The notes beneath the pieces are model-generated. The model worked only from the letters and a program-made list of their open reading frames with translations. It searched no databases and was not told where the DNA came from. A stretch of 63,965 nt of DNA, counting the filler, from Octopus bimaculoides (taxonomy: Eukaryota): the NCBI RefSeq assembly GCF_001194135.2. It is 5 parts of 5 records of this genome, joined end to end, with 100 filler letters (N's around TTAATTAATTAA, not from the genome) between each part and the next. Parts side by side here need not be neighbours in the genome. Positions count along the whole stretch, not along the records: positions 49,205 to 62,503 come from NC_068999.1; positions 62,604 to 63,965 come from NC_068985.1; 3 more parts are not named here. One strand, written 5' to 3'. Made by a program: the position numbers and the translations under genes. Shown here piece after piece: positions 51,240-63,965 of this stretch. Each line of letters starts with the position of its first letter. Within the stretch, counting starts at the first letter, position 1.

Positions 51240-51900
51240 CTAGCATCAACGGTAACAGCAATTACGTTAACAAGAAAGACAATAATGGTAACAGGGATAA
51301 CAAGAACGGTAAGAATAGCAACCAGAACAGAAACAACAAAAGCAACGACATTCGCATTGACGACGACGATGAGAACAATGACAACAGTACGAAGACGAGA
51401 AGTGTGATAACAACGTTAACAACACCAGCAGCACGACGACAACAGCAAGAACAACGATAGCGGTGATATTAACGAGAGGGACAACATCGACAGGGAGATC
51501 AACAACAATAGCAACAACAACAAGCACAACAACGGCCAGGACTACGACGATGATAGCGACAATCATGATAAGAATACGACGACCAGAAGTGTGATAACAA
51601 CGATGACGACAGCGCCAAAATAATTGCGATAGCAACATCGATAACAACAATAATAATGACAATAACAACAACAAGATTAGCGACGGTGGCAACAACAAGA
51701 ATGACAGCAACAAGAACAACGACGACAAATGTCAGTGAAAACATGGACGATCGCAACATTAACGAGCAATGACAACGACACGATGCGAACAAGAACAGCC
51801 TCACCGACAAAAGTGATTGCAACAAGAACGACACTACCGGCGACAACGATAGCAACAAAACGCAACAACGAGAACAACGACAATGGAAACAAATATAGAG
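51240..51900. repeat. Degenerate (AAC)/(GAC)-rich cryptic satellite
   Basis: Mixed AAC/GAC/AAT triplets; subrepeat AGAAGTGTGATAACAACG occurs twice (about 51397 and 51585). Confidence 0.8.
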
Positions 51901-51934
51901 AAATAGGAAAAAAACAACCACTGTGATTATATTC

Positions 51935-52542
51935 ATTTCAAATTTTGGCACAAGGCCAGCAATTTCGGGGAGAGGGAGTAAGTCGATTAGATCGACCCCA
52001 GTGATCAACCGGCGCGTATTTTATCGATCTCCGAGAGTATGAACGGCCAAGTCGCCCTCGGCGGAATTTGAACTCAGAACGTAAAGACAGACGAAATACT
52101 ATAAAGCATTTCGACCGGCACGGTAATGATTTAGCAACTAATCTAATATTGGTTTCAAATTTTGGCACAAGGCCAGCAATTTCGGAGGAGAGAGTAAGTC
52201 ACTGTACTTATAATTACTTTATCGACCCCGAAAGGTAAAGTTGACCTTGGCGTAACTTGAATTCTGAACGTAAAGACATTTTACCCGGCGAGCTAAAGAT
52301 TCAGCCTGCTCACTGCCTTTAATACCATTAATATTCGTTTCAAATTTTGGCGCCATGCCAGCAAGTTCGAGGGAGGGTGTAAGCCGATTATATCGACCCC
52401 AGTTTTCAACTGATACTTATTTTATCGACCCTTCCATCCAAAGGATGAAAGGCAAAGTTGACCTCGGCGGAATTTGAACTCGGAATGTAAAGACGGACGA
52501 AATACTGCCCGGCGCGGTAACGATTCTGCCAGCTCGTCGCCT
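51935..52542 (-). mobile_element. Three head-to-tail SINE family A copies, tail type iii
   Basis: Units about 51935-52138, 52147-52319 and 52330-52542, each ending GGCCTTGTGCCAAAATTTGAAA (or variant) on the minus strand. Confidence 0.88.
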
Positions 52543-52837
52543 TCCCGATCACCTGAATTCTAACAGCGAAACCGACGATAGGAACGATAACAATAATAAC
52601 AGAAGAAGAAGAACAAGAACAACAATAGCAACGACGACGCCGATGACGACATCAACAACAATGACAGACAACAACAACTATTATAACAACATTGACAACA
52701 ATTACGCTACACGTATAGGAAAACATAACAAATAAACATTAGCAACAGCAAAGAAAAATAACAACAGCGGTGTCACTAAAGGAAGAGGAGGCAGAAGAAG
52801 ACCTACTACTACTACGACTACGACTACTACGACTACG

Positions 52838-52878
<41 letters not shown>

Positions 52879-53178
52879 GTGAGAATCAGTATTATTTATA
52901 CAGGAACCATTAATGACGTCATATGGCAATGGCGGCCTTTTGTATCTTTATGTCTTTGTGTCTTGTCTGTTTTTTGATCTGCCTTACCTCCTTCCTTCTT
53001 TCTTTCTTACTTTCATACTTTCTTTCTTTCTTTCTTTTTTTCTTGCGTTCCTTTCTCTTTCGCTTTTATATTTTCACTTTTATTCTCTTTTTCTTATTTC
53101 TTCATTTTTCATATTTTTATTCAATTTTTCTCTTTACTTCAACGTTTTTTTCTTCTTGTAATTTTTCGGATTTTTTTC

Positions 53179-53263
53179 CTTCTTCTTCTTCTTCTTCTTC
53201 TTCTTCTTCTTCTTCTTCTTCTTCTTCTTCTTCTTCTTCTTCTTCTTCTTCTTCTTCTTCTTC
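53179..53263. repeat. (TTC)n microsatellite within a pyrimidine-rich low-complexity block
   Basis: Direct reading; explains the poly-Ser and poly-Lys ORFs. Confidence 0.97.
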
Positions 53264-53648
53264 ACCTTTTCCTCCCTCTCTTCTTCCGCTTCTTTATCTT
53301 CGTTCTCTTTCTCTTCATCCTGCTCCTGCCTCACCTTCCTACCCCTTCCCACCTCCATTCACACTTCTCTTTCCCCCCTCCCAAATCACCTTCCACCTCG
53401 TCCATCCTCCGTTCACCGCCTCCTTTCTCTTCTCTCCTCTGCGCAGCCTCTCCCTTCCCTCATCATTTTCCTTACCCTCCATCAACACCGTCCCCACCAT
53501 CAACATGATCACTCCACCTCCTACACTTCTCCTCCACCACTATTGTCAACACCACAAACAGAACCATCCTTAAGATATAGCCACTGCTAGCCCCAGCAAC
53601 ACGAATACAACGAGTAATAACTGCATCACCACCACCTTTATGCCACCT

Positions 53649-53719
<71 letters not shown>

Positions 53720-55523
53720 TAACATTACCAGTACACCCTCTCCCCTGTGCCATTATCTGATACATAATATGTTATTGATGGGACACTCAACAAATGGAAG
53801 ACATTGGAAAAATTCTAGAAATCCAAGTATTGTTTGAAAAATGTTGTTTTGCTTCTTTTATACTTTCCTTTTCTCTGTATTATTCAGGAATATACAATAT
53901 CTTAAAAAGAAAGGAAAATAAAAAATATTTAAAATGCATAAATAAATAACAAATAAAATAATAAATAAATATAAAAGTTAAAAAATAAATATCTTTCCCA
54001 TTGTTATTTTTGTGATATTGTTTTTTTTTAAAATTTAGTTACTGGATTAATTGTAAAGATTTGTAAAGATTTAGGGGCCAGTATGATTTGTACAAGTACA
54101 AGAAATGAGTTCAGTAGGGAAGTAACACACGTGGGTTAGCAGCAAGATTTGAGATAATTCAGGTAGATTCCGATGTACTGAATAACGTTCGCAAAACGTT
54201 CTTAATACTGTGAGTTTAGGCTTAATAGCAATTGTAATATAAATTATGCTGGCCAATAGCATTTTTGCAACTATTATTTAACTTGTAAAAATTTTTGGTC
54301 CACTGATGAAAGCAAGCTTGAGAAACCTTTTCTGAGCTGTTAAGGTCTAATAGAAGCGAAACATGTATTGAAATCCATTTCGATTGATATGCTGAAAGTT
54401 ATTCAGCTGCTTCTGAGAGGCCCTCGTTTGGATATAAGAATGTAGTTATGTCCTGCTTTTAGTGATTACATGAGAAAGAATATTAGACTGGTAGGTGCAA
54501 GCTTGATTGTATGCTTCAGAAACACGCTTTGCAACTAGCTACGTGATTTCGGTTTAAGACTCACTGTGTGGCATCTTGGGTATGTGTTTTCTACTATAGA
54601 CTTTGAGTGAATTTGGTAGACGGAGACTGAGTCGAAGGAATAAATGGTTACAGAAAAAAAAAAGGACGCACTTCTCGAATCAGGAAGAATGCGTCTTAGT
54701 TTGGATTCGAGCTGGAAGACAAGGAAAAAGGGTATTGATTTATTTGGTCTTAGTTACAGCAGTAAAGACGAGATCGTCGGAACTAGAAAGTCGCTAACCA
54801 CACATATGTTCTCCTGGAGACAATTTGATTTGAAGTTAAACAACAACAGCAAACGCTCCCGTTTCGAATTGTTCAGAGTGATAAACATCATGCATCTTAC
54901 ATTGGTTGTGGAGTTAGGGTTCGCTGAGTTACCAAGTTAAATTTAGTGGGAGGCAGGACAAGAAGAGAATATAGGTTTATGTAGTCTTCTAGGATGCTCT
55001 TTGCTTCACATTCGTCTTCCAATTTTATTGAAAACTTCTACTCAGATGTAATTTTCCATGTCAATTACGAAAACCACAGCTAAATTTTGAATAAATTAAT
55101 AAAAATAAAAATAAAAAGTTATAAACGTTTAACGATTGAAATTTTCTGACCTTAAGCCAATCAGAATAAGGTTTTCTTGACATCCGTTCCTGCAAACAAT
55201 TGCAATTGGAATGTTATTTGTATATGATCATAGACACACACAACTATATGTGCATGTGAATGTGTGTGTGTGTGTGTATGTGTATGCCTGTTTTAGTTTC
55301 CATATTCGTGCGCATTCAATAACGTAATAGGACATATTGTAGTTTTATAAGGACCGTGTTTTTTTCTCATAGAGCATTGCTCTGCTTATGTATCCCTGTT
55401 CTTCCTCTCCATAAATCAGTGCGTTGCGTAATATTACATCATGGGAAGAATTATGTATGGTCGGTGGAGCTTGGTACGATAAAGAATTGAGCAGAGATAT
55501 TAAATAGTGAATAACAGAGTTTG

Positions 55524-55567
<44 letters not shown>

Positions 55568-55624
55568 GCATATATATACATATATATATAAATATAAGTA
55601 TATGCGTTTATGTGTTTGTGTGTT

Positions 55625-55684
<60 letters not shown>

Positions 55685-57205
55685 GATGGGTTGAGAGTTA
55701 CACGTACACACAGACACAATACTAGGTACAGTGGTGGGGAGGAAACATCCTAAAGAGGGAGAGGGAAGAAGTGGGGAACGTAAGAAGAGATAAGAAAGTG
55801 TATGTGTTCGTATGTTTGTATGTGTGTATGTATGAGTGCATGATGCATATGTGTATGTGTGTGTCTGAGTCTATGTGTGTTTATGTGTTTGTGTTTTAGT
55901 GTGCATGCATGTGTGTATGCGCGCGCGCGCGTGTATGCGTGTATGTGTGTGTGGTGGGGAGAGGATGGGATGTTGACGGAAGGAGATTACGAAAGAATCG
56001 GAATCAGAACATAGGAAGACGAAAAGTAAAACAAGAATGAAGAGATGTGACAAGACAGGCTGAGAAACGGTAGCAGAGGTGGGAGGAAAGGAAGAGAAGG
56101 GTAAAAATGGAGTAAGGGAGTTGTATTGGAAGGGGGGGAGCAGAAGCAGCAGTAGTGGTGGTGGTGGTGGTAGTGGGTGCAGACGGTGAAGCAAACATGC
56201 AGGCAAGCAGACAGACAGTCAGACAGTGGCACAAACAGCAAAGAACGAATATAATTCTGTAATAAGGCGGCGAGGAAGAGTTGGAGAAAGAGGAGGAGAG
56301 GGTGGAGGACGTGAATAATAAGGAAGGGAGGTGTATGGAGAAAAGAAGGAAGAGGAGGAGGAGGAGGAGGCAGAAGATTAGGGAAAGAATTCTTTAAAGA
56401 ATGTAGCAACTATAACGATATGTGTTCCCTTTTATAAATGGCTTTCATCTATATTTTTTGTTTGCTCCTCATCTTTGCCGTTATTCAATTCTAGGGCATG
56501 CAGATAAATTCGTAAGACAAAAGGGTTAATTAAGAAAACAGACGTCTTCGAATCAATACTTTGTGTGGCGTGTTTTGCTGAATTCTGATTGGTCAGNNNN
56601 NNNNNNNNNNNNNNNNNNNNNNNNNNNNNNNNNNNNNNNNNNNNNNNNNNNNNNNNNNNNNNNNNNNNNNNNNNNNNNNNNNNNNNNNNNNNNNNNNNNN
56701 NNNNNNNNNNNNNNNNNNNNNNNNNNNNNNNNNNNNNNNNNNNNNNNNNNNNNNNNNNNNNNNNNNNNNNNNNNNNNNNNNNNNNNNNNNNNNNNNNNNN
56801 NNNNNNNNNNNNNNNNNNNNNNNNNNNNNNNNNNNNNNNNNNNNNNNNNNNNNNNNNNNNNNNNNNNNNNNNNNNNNNNNNNNNNNNNNNNNNNNNNNNN
56901 NNNNNNNNNNNNNNNNNNNNNNNNNNNNNNNNNNNNNNNNNNNNNNNNNNNNNNNNNNNNNNNNNNNNNNNNNNNNNNNNNNNNNNNNNNNNNNNNNNNN
57001 NNNNNNNNNNNNNNNNNNNNNNNNNNNNNNNNNNNNNNNNNNNNNNNNNNNNNNNNNNNNNNNNNNNNNNNNNNNNNNNNNNNNNNNNNNNNNNNNNNNN
57101 NNNNNNNNNNNNNNNNNNNNNNNNNNNNNNNNNNNNNNNNNNNNNNNNNNNNNNNNNNNNNNNNNNNNNNNNNNNNNNNNNNNNNNNNNNNNNNNNNNNN
57201 NNNNN

Positions 57206-57252
<47 letters not shown>

Positions 57253-58908
57253 GAGAGATAGAGAGGTAACAGCTGACAGGTAAATATAGATAGACAGATG
57301 ATTCAATAGATTGGTAGACATAAATAAAGGAATAAATAGATATATAAAAATAAGTTATGTATGTAGATAAACAACAAAGCAAATAGATAGATAGATAGAT
57401 AGATAGCAAGAAAGAAATAGAGTTAGACAGAAATAGACATTTAGAGAAATTGATAGATCGATGATTAAATATGATTAAATACGTAGGTGGACATAAATAA
57501 GTAAATAAATATAAAAAAATAACTATGCAGATATGTATGTAGATAGACAAGAAAGGAAATAGATATATAGATGGTTAAATAGATAGGTTGATGTTATGGG
57601 CATAGATATGTTTTGCTATCTTGATAGACAAATTATTAGGTTTATGTAAAAAAGGACAGGCGTTATTTTTTACGCTCGATTTGTTTTATGCTTTTTTTAT
57701 CAGGTTAATGTATAGCCTATGACACTATTCATAGCATATTTGTGTCACGAATTCTATCATTCCTAACAGATACATATCTCTCCATCTATCAGTCAATTAA
57801 ATAGATAGATAAACATTTATAGATAAAGAGCAAAATAGATAAGAGATAGGCAGATAAACAAATACGCATGGGGAAAACTAGATAAATAGAAGCAAGAATG
57901 AGTGAGTGGGGGGGATATATAGGCAGAGAGAAAAGTTCGGTAGATATTTTTTAAAAAATGTATGTCACTTTAGAAAGAAAAAGTGAAAAGCAAAATGGAT
58001 GTAGATATTTTTATTGCATGCAATTTGTTTCGCATTTTACTATACAACGCTGATAAATCCTGGAATAATATTTTTATTAAGAATTAATGTCTTAACCGAT
58101 ATTTGTTCATTTACACAGGAATTAATGGTTCTAAACGATAAATATATATATATATAATATATATAAAATGAATATATATAAAAATAAAAGAAGTTAAAGA
58201 AAAATTAGTCCAACTTAATCGCCAAGTATTTCGCCATAATGTCTACAAGTAAGAGAAGAATTCTTAAGTGAAAGGAAAAAGAAAAAGAAAAAAACCCCTA
58301 AAGAACAAACAAATTAAAAAGTAACAAAAAACTGTTTTTCTCATTATAAATTTGAAATATACTGCAGAGATTGTTATTTATTTTTATGAATTTTATTTTA
58401 TTTTTCNNNNNNNNNNNNNNNNNNNNNNNNNNNNNNNNNNNNNNNNNNNNNNNNNNNNNNNNNNNNNNNNNNNNNNNNNNNNNNNNNNNNNNNNNNNNNN
58501 NNNNNNNNNNNNNNNNNNNNNNNNNNNNNNNNNNNNNNNNATATATATATATATATATATATACATATGTACACATACATACATACATACACAAAAAACG
58601 CCCTCATATATATATATATATATATATACATACATACATACATATATATATATGAGGGCGTTTTCGTGTTGATGTGCTTATACGTATTTCTATGTAACTA
58701 TAAGTATGTGTGCAAGTATCATTATGGGTGCATGTGTACACATATATACATACATCATATATGAACTTGAGTGTGTATGCATGAGAGTATATGTTCAGTT
58801 GGACGCGTGTGCGATTACATATATGACTATAGATATAATTGCTTGTGTGTGTATTTAACTACACACACACACACATACGCATATATATATACATACACAC
58901 ACACACAC

Positions 58909-58941
<33 letters not shown>

Positions 58942-60242
58942 NNNNNNNNNNNNNNNNNNNNNNNNNNNNNNNNNNNNNNNNNNNNNNNNNNNNNNNNNNN
59001 NNNNNNNNNNNNNNNNNNNNNNNNNNNNNNNNNNNNNNNNNNNNNNNNNNNNNNNNNNNNNNNNNNNNNNNNNNNNNNNNNNNNNNNNNNNNNNNNNNNN
59101 NNNNNNNNNNNNNNNNNNNNNNNNNNNNNNNNNNNNNNNNNNNNNNNNNNNNNNNNNNNNNNNNNNNNNNNNNNNNNNNNNNNNNNNNNNNNNNNNNNNN
59201 NNNNNNNNNNNNNNNNNNNNNNNNNNNNNNNNNNNNNNNNNNNNNNNNNNNNNNNNNNNNNNNNNNNNNNNNNNNNNNNNNNNNNNNNNNNNNNNNNNNN
59301 NNNNNNNNNNNNNNNNNNNNNNNNNNNNNNNNNNNNNNNNNNNNNNNNNNNNNNNNNNNNNNNNNNNNNNNNNNNNNNNNNNNNNNNNNNNNNNNNNNNN
59401 NNNNNNNNNNNNNNNNNNNNNNNNNNNNNNNNNNNNNNNNNNATATATAGAGAGAGAGAGAGAGAGAGAGATAAAGAGAGAGAGAGAATACGTGTCTTAA
59501 CGATTAAGCTATTGCACTCACGATCGCGATGTCGATTCCTGGAGTGGGCGGTGCGTTGTGTTAAGAAAAACACTTCATTTCACATCCTATGATTAGTCTG
59601 ACATGTGACATACAGTGTACCATGGACTTGTGGAGGCAATGTTGATTTGTTGGAGTAAGTGAGCAAATGTACTTCACAAACATTTGATCGCTATAAACAA
59701 AGCATCTGTGCCGGTTATTCAGGAGGATGTTGCTGAAGCCTCATCTACGGTTCAGGACCTGAAGATGGTGGATTATATGTTACGATGTAATTTATGAATA
59801 CATCAATAAAATTCAACCGAAATTTTAAACCCCGTTTGTGTTCTATTTTTATGCCTCTGCCACACCCAGAACCAGCCCTCAGTCGGATCTACGGTTTAAA
59901 TTGGATTTAGTACTTAAATATCTCCTGTATCCGACCAACACTTGATACCACCATTGTTGGTTGACATCACTGTCAAATGTATGCTATTGTACCTAGCCAT
60001 TTCTGGCGTCCAACTTTTGATGTGCCTACAGTGTACTGATTACTATAAATAATCTCTCTCTCCCTCTCTTGCACAGTTTCCGTCAATCAAATCCGTTCAC
60101 AAGTTTTTGGTCAATCCGAGGGGATAGAAAAAAAAGACAATTGCCTAAGGTTCCACACTATGGGACTGAACCAGAAACCAGGTTGTTGGGAAGCAAACTT
60201 CTTACAACACAACCACGATTACGTCTATATTTACTACATAAA

Positions 60243-60456
60243 AAGGCGGCAAGCTAGCCGAAACGTTTGCACGCCGGGCAAAATGCTTAGCAGTATTTCG
60301 TCTGTCTTTACGTTCTGAGTTCAGATTCCGCCGAGGTCGTCTTCGCCTTTCATCTTTTCGAGGTCGATAAATTAAGTATCAGTTACGTACTGGGGTCGAT
60401 CTAATCGACTGGCCCCCTCCCACAAAATTTCGAGCCTTGTGCCTAGAGTAGAAAAG
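60243..60456 (+). mobile_element. SINE family A, full length, tail type i
   Basis: Same head, core and tail as 18521-18737; a minus-strand family B head lies at 60060-60225. Confidence 0.9.
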
Positions 60457-62019
60457 TATATATATACTGCATAAAACTTTGGGTGTGATCTTAAACGCCA
60501 GTCACTGCTCAGGAGAATGTATTTCCTGCAGGCAATCTCTCTTCAGAACTCCCTACAACAATCTCACCCCCTTACTTCTCCGTCATGCCTAGATTTCGTC
60601 TTCACTAGTTAATATTTTAAGCCAAGTCAAGTTCTATGCTGATGGTTGTTTCCATTACAAAAACAGACAGAACAGCAGTTGTCTAACTAAGCAACGTAAT
60701 TGCAATTTGGTCGTTGTAGGTCACCGAGACTGCGGCGGTTTCGTTACATCAAAACCTCTTTCATACTGAGTAACTGAGATTTTGTCAACTTTGTAATGCA
60801 TTTGATTTCGTCACGCTAGGATATTTATCTCAATGGCCGTTGCAAGATGTGACTTGTCGAATCTTTGATGGCGGGAAACATTTTCGCTTTCATCTCTCCT
60901 TTTATTTTTTCTTTAAACGTTCGGGTTTATATTTCGTGATATTCAATACCATTTAAACGAGCTGTCTTTGCTATTGTAATTTTTTAACCCCAGACTTTCT
61001 GTGCGAAAAATACTAATGTTCAAAGACATTCTAACGTGATTATGCTGTCTATTGCTATAATCTGGTGCTATATTCTTCAAAGCGTTCTTCGTTGTTTAAG
61101 CTTGTTGAAAGCTGCCGTGAATTCTGTAATCTGTTTCCTAACTGACAATTTTTTCAAGACTTTATGTGAAAGTCTTGAATTTATTTATATAGAGTGAATC
61201 TTATCAACGTTGCACTGCTTATGCTGCCTTCAAAAGTAAACCGTCTCACATCATATTAACTTCATACATATATAATCTATTACCAGGTTCCCTTACTATT
61301 ATGTTTACTGCTAGTTATTGAAGGGACACCAGAATTAAGTCTTCCACTAAATCCAGGATATATCTGGCATTTTGCACATATATTACCAGACACTGGTAAT
61401 ATATATATATATATATATANNNNNNNNNNNNNNNNNNNNNNNNNNNNNNNNNNNNNNNNNNNNNNNNNNNNNNNNNNNNNNNNNNNNNNNNNNNNNNNNN
61501 NNNNNNNNNNNNNNNNNNNNNNNNNNNNNNNNNNNNNNNNNNNNNNNNNNNNNNNNNNNNNNNNNNNNNNNNNNNNNNNNNNNNNNNNNNNNNNNNNNNN
61601 NNNNNNNNNNNNNNNNNNNNNNNNNNNNNNNNNNNNNNNNNNNNNNNNNNNNNNNNNNNNNNNNNNNNNNNNNNNNNNNNNNNNNNNNNNNNNNNNNNNN
61701 NNNNNNNNNNNNNNNNNNNNNNNNNNNNNNNNNNNNNNNNNNNNNNNNNNNNNNNNNNNNNNNNNNNNNNNNNNNNNNNNNNNNNNNNNNNNNNNNNNNN
61801 NNNNNNNNNNNNNNNNNNNNNNNNNNNNNNNNNNNNNNNNNNNNNNNNNNNNNNNNNNNNNNNNNNNNNNNNNNNNNNNNNNNNNNNNNNNNNNNNNNNN
61901 NATATCCAATGCATATGTGATGGTGATGGTGGTGGATGTCGCGATAGTGGGGATGTCGGTGTGGTGGTGGATGTGGTGGTGGTCGTCGTGGTCGTGCTCG
62001 TGGTTTTCGTGGAGATTGT

Positions 62020-62075
62020 CGCTTAGATGGTGGTGGTGATGGTGGTGATGGGGTTGTTGGTGGTGTTAGTATGGT

Positions 62076-62107
<32 letters not shown>

Positions 62108-62206
62108 GTGATGTTGTTGGTGGGGATGGTGATGATGGTGGTGACGTTGTGGCTGTTATGGTGATGGTGCTCTTGTTGTTGTCGTCGGTGGTGGCGGTGG
62201 TGGTGG

Positions 62207-62242
<36 letters not shown>

Positions 62243-62300
62243 GGATGATGATGATGAGGATGATGATGAGGATGATGATGATGATGAGGATGATGGTTGT
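62020..62300. repeat. Compound (GGT)/(GAT) trinucleotide tract
   Basis: Direct reading; explains the poly-His, poly-Asp and poly-Met ORFs. Confidence 0.93.
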
Positions 62301-62547
62301 GCAAGCAGATCAGGAATGGATGCTGTCTGACGGCAACAAAGAAAAGGCGCAAAGACGGAAGTCGGTAAAGAGATGAATGAAATGTGGTGGTGGTGGATGG
62401 GTGTCGAGGAGGAGGAGGAGGAGGAGGAGGAGGAAAGAGACGGGGGAGAGGTAGGAGGAATGCTTGGAGGAATCGTTTGGAGAGTGGCAGGTTGAGGGGG
62501 AGANNNNNNNNNNNNNNNNNNNNNNNNNNNNNNNNNNNNNNNNNNNN

Positions 62548-62559
62548 TTAATTAATTAA
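62548..62559. other. Artificial scaffold-join linker
   Basis: 44 N + TTAATTAATTAA + 44 N. Confidence 0.95.
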
Positions 62560-62603
62560 NNNNNNNNNNNNNNNNNNNNNNNNNNNNNNNNNNNNNNNNN
62601 NNN

Positions 62604-63048
62604 CGTTTTCGACAGTATATGCCAGGAAAGCGCACAGAATGGGGGATCAAAGTTTGGAAAAGATTTGTGAATCAAATACTGGGTACTGCTCTGGATTTTA
62701 ATTTTATACTGGCAAAAGAGACAGTAATAAATCCAGTAATGTGCACAACTCTTCTATAATAATATTTTGTTGTATACCCAATTGAATATTAGATAATAAC
62801 CCATTTTCTATAGCGATGTTTGAACAAAAATTTAAATAATTTTATATTTTGTTGAATTTACCTGTAATTAAAGTCACTTTGTGACAAAAATTTTGGTATA
62901 GAATTGGTTGAGAACCTTTCATTAAATTATCTTCCAAAAATCACATTCATTTGTTGATAAATAAAAAAGTTAGAGTTGTTCAATGAAACCAGCCTAAATT
63001 TAAACACATAAGGGGTGTAATTTGGTTAGAAATATGGTAACGAAAGGG
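62604..63048 (+). mobile_element. piggyBac-like DNA transposon, internally deleted right part
   Basis: FRQYMPGKRTEWGIKVWK, frameshift, ICESNTGYCSGF*FYTGK matches the piggyBac FRQYxPxKP.KYGIK.....TGY....YTGK block; ends ...GTAACGAAAGGG|TTAA (63049-63052). Confidence 0.85.
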
Positions 63049-63082
63049 TTAAGATATATATATATGCCTATATGAATATATA

Positions 63083-63650
63083 TCATCATCATCATCACCA
63101 TCATCATCATCACCATCATCATCATTTAACGTCCGATTTCCATGCTAGCTTGAGTTGGAAGATTTGCCTGGGGACTGGCGAACCGGATGACTGCACCAGA
63201 CTCCAATCCGATCTGGCAGCGTTTCTGCGGCTGGATGCCCTTCCTGGCGCCAGCCACTCTGAGAGTGTAGTAGGTGCTTTTTGCGTGCCACTGGAACGAG
63301 GGCCAGTCCAGGGGTATGGGCAACGGCCATGCTCAAATGGTGTTTTTTTACATGCCACCTGTACAGGAGTCAGTCCAATGTTTTGTTCACATGACACTGG
63401 CACAGGTGCCAGTAAGGCGAAGCTGGAAACGATCTTGCTTAAATGGTGCTTTTTACGTGCCACCGGCATGGGAGCGAGACCCCTGCTCTGGCAGTGATCC
63501 CACTCGGATTGTGCTGTTAGCGCTCCACTGGCACGGGTGCCAGTCATCAAATTTGGTTCAGATTCGATTTTGATTCCACTTGCCTCAACAGGTCTTTGCA
63601 GGCGGGGTTTTGTGTCCAAAGGAGGAAAGGTATGCATAAGTGGGCTGGCT
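63083..63650 (-). mobile_element. RTE-type 3' UTR or non-autonomous element with internal subrepeats and (GAT)n tail
   Basis: GGCTGGATGCCCTTCC motif, repeated GGTGCTTTTTACGTGCCAC...CCAGTC units, (CAT)n on the plus strand at 63083-63125. Confidence 0.75.
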
Positions 63651-63965
63651 ATACCTTAGCGGTTGAGGGAGCCTGTGGAAGAGGTAGGCCCAGGAAGACC
63701 TGGGATGAGGTGGTAAGGCACGACCTTCAAACATTGGGCCTCACCGAGGCGATGACTTCTGACCGAGACCTTTGGAAATATACTGTGCTCGAGAAGACCC
63801 GGCAAGCCAAGTGAGACCTAAATCTAAGGCCCAGCCAGTACACTTATGCGTACCTTCCTTCCTTCAGTGGACACTAAATTCCGCTTGTGAAGACCTGTTG
63901 AGGCAAGTGAAATCGAAATCAAGTTAAATTAAAATTAGACACTAAACCCCACTTGCGAAGACCTG
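63651..63965 (+). mobile_element. RTE-clade LINE ORF end and start of 3' UTR, running out of the window
   Basis: LAVEGACGRGRPRKTWDEVVRHDLQTLGLTEAMTSDRDLWKYTVLEKTRQAK*. Confidence 0.88.

Noticed and set aside
54303-54347. Hammerhead-like CTGATGA...GAAACCTT...AAGGTC
   Set aside because: Stem III forms, but stem I has only 1 bp and stem II needs a 2-nt bulge; consistent with chance
54644-54940. 98-aa non-repetitive ORF
   Set aside because: No recognisable motif; starts next to a SINE fragment; length expected by chance
59755-59835. CTGAAGA...CCGAAA hammerhead or Penelope-like end
   Set aside because: No stem I or stem III pairing could be built; at most a decayed repeat
61153-61179. 11-bp hairpin followed by T-rich sequence, resembling an intrinsic terminator
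   Set aside because: Eukaryotic AT-rich context; single short hairpin with no associated transcription unit

Overview
Eukaryotic, repeat-saturated, AT-rich non-coding DNA. By inference it is from an octopus-type cephalopod assembly, judged from the tRNA-derived SINE families and the extreme (TA)n/(CA)n/(TATG)n/trinucleotide microsatellite density. About 8.5 kb (roughly 13%) is N gaps. Four gaps are artificial 100-bp joins (44 N + TTAATTAATTAA + 44 N), so the window is at least five scaffolded pieces. No intact host protein-coding gene can be supported; almost all listed ORFs are translations of microsatellites or gaps. The recognisable coding sequence is all decayed transposon: a Tc1-like transposase with DD36E spacing, a mariner remnant, two foldback mariner MITEs, a piggyBac fragment, and RTE, CR1-like, Tx1/L1-like and R4/Dong-like LINE fragments. 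There is also a non-autonomous Helentron-like element and dozens of SINE copies from at least 4 families. The most interesting signals are RNA-structural. A full type I hammerhead ribozyme fold sits just downstream of a TATA box (35112-35186). Two minimal hammerhead motifs of the Penelope type occur at 18836-18868 and 30909-30945, the first close to a perfect 51-bp inverted repeat. A SINE tail matches the 3' end of a Tx1/L1-like LINE in the same window. One possible gene start (MAAREKK, minus strand, 9238) runs into a gap.
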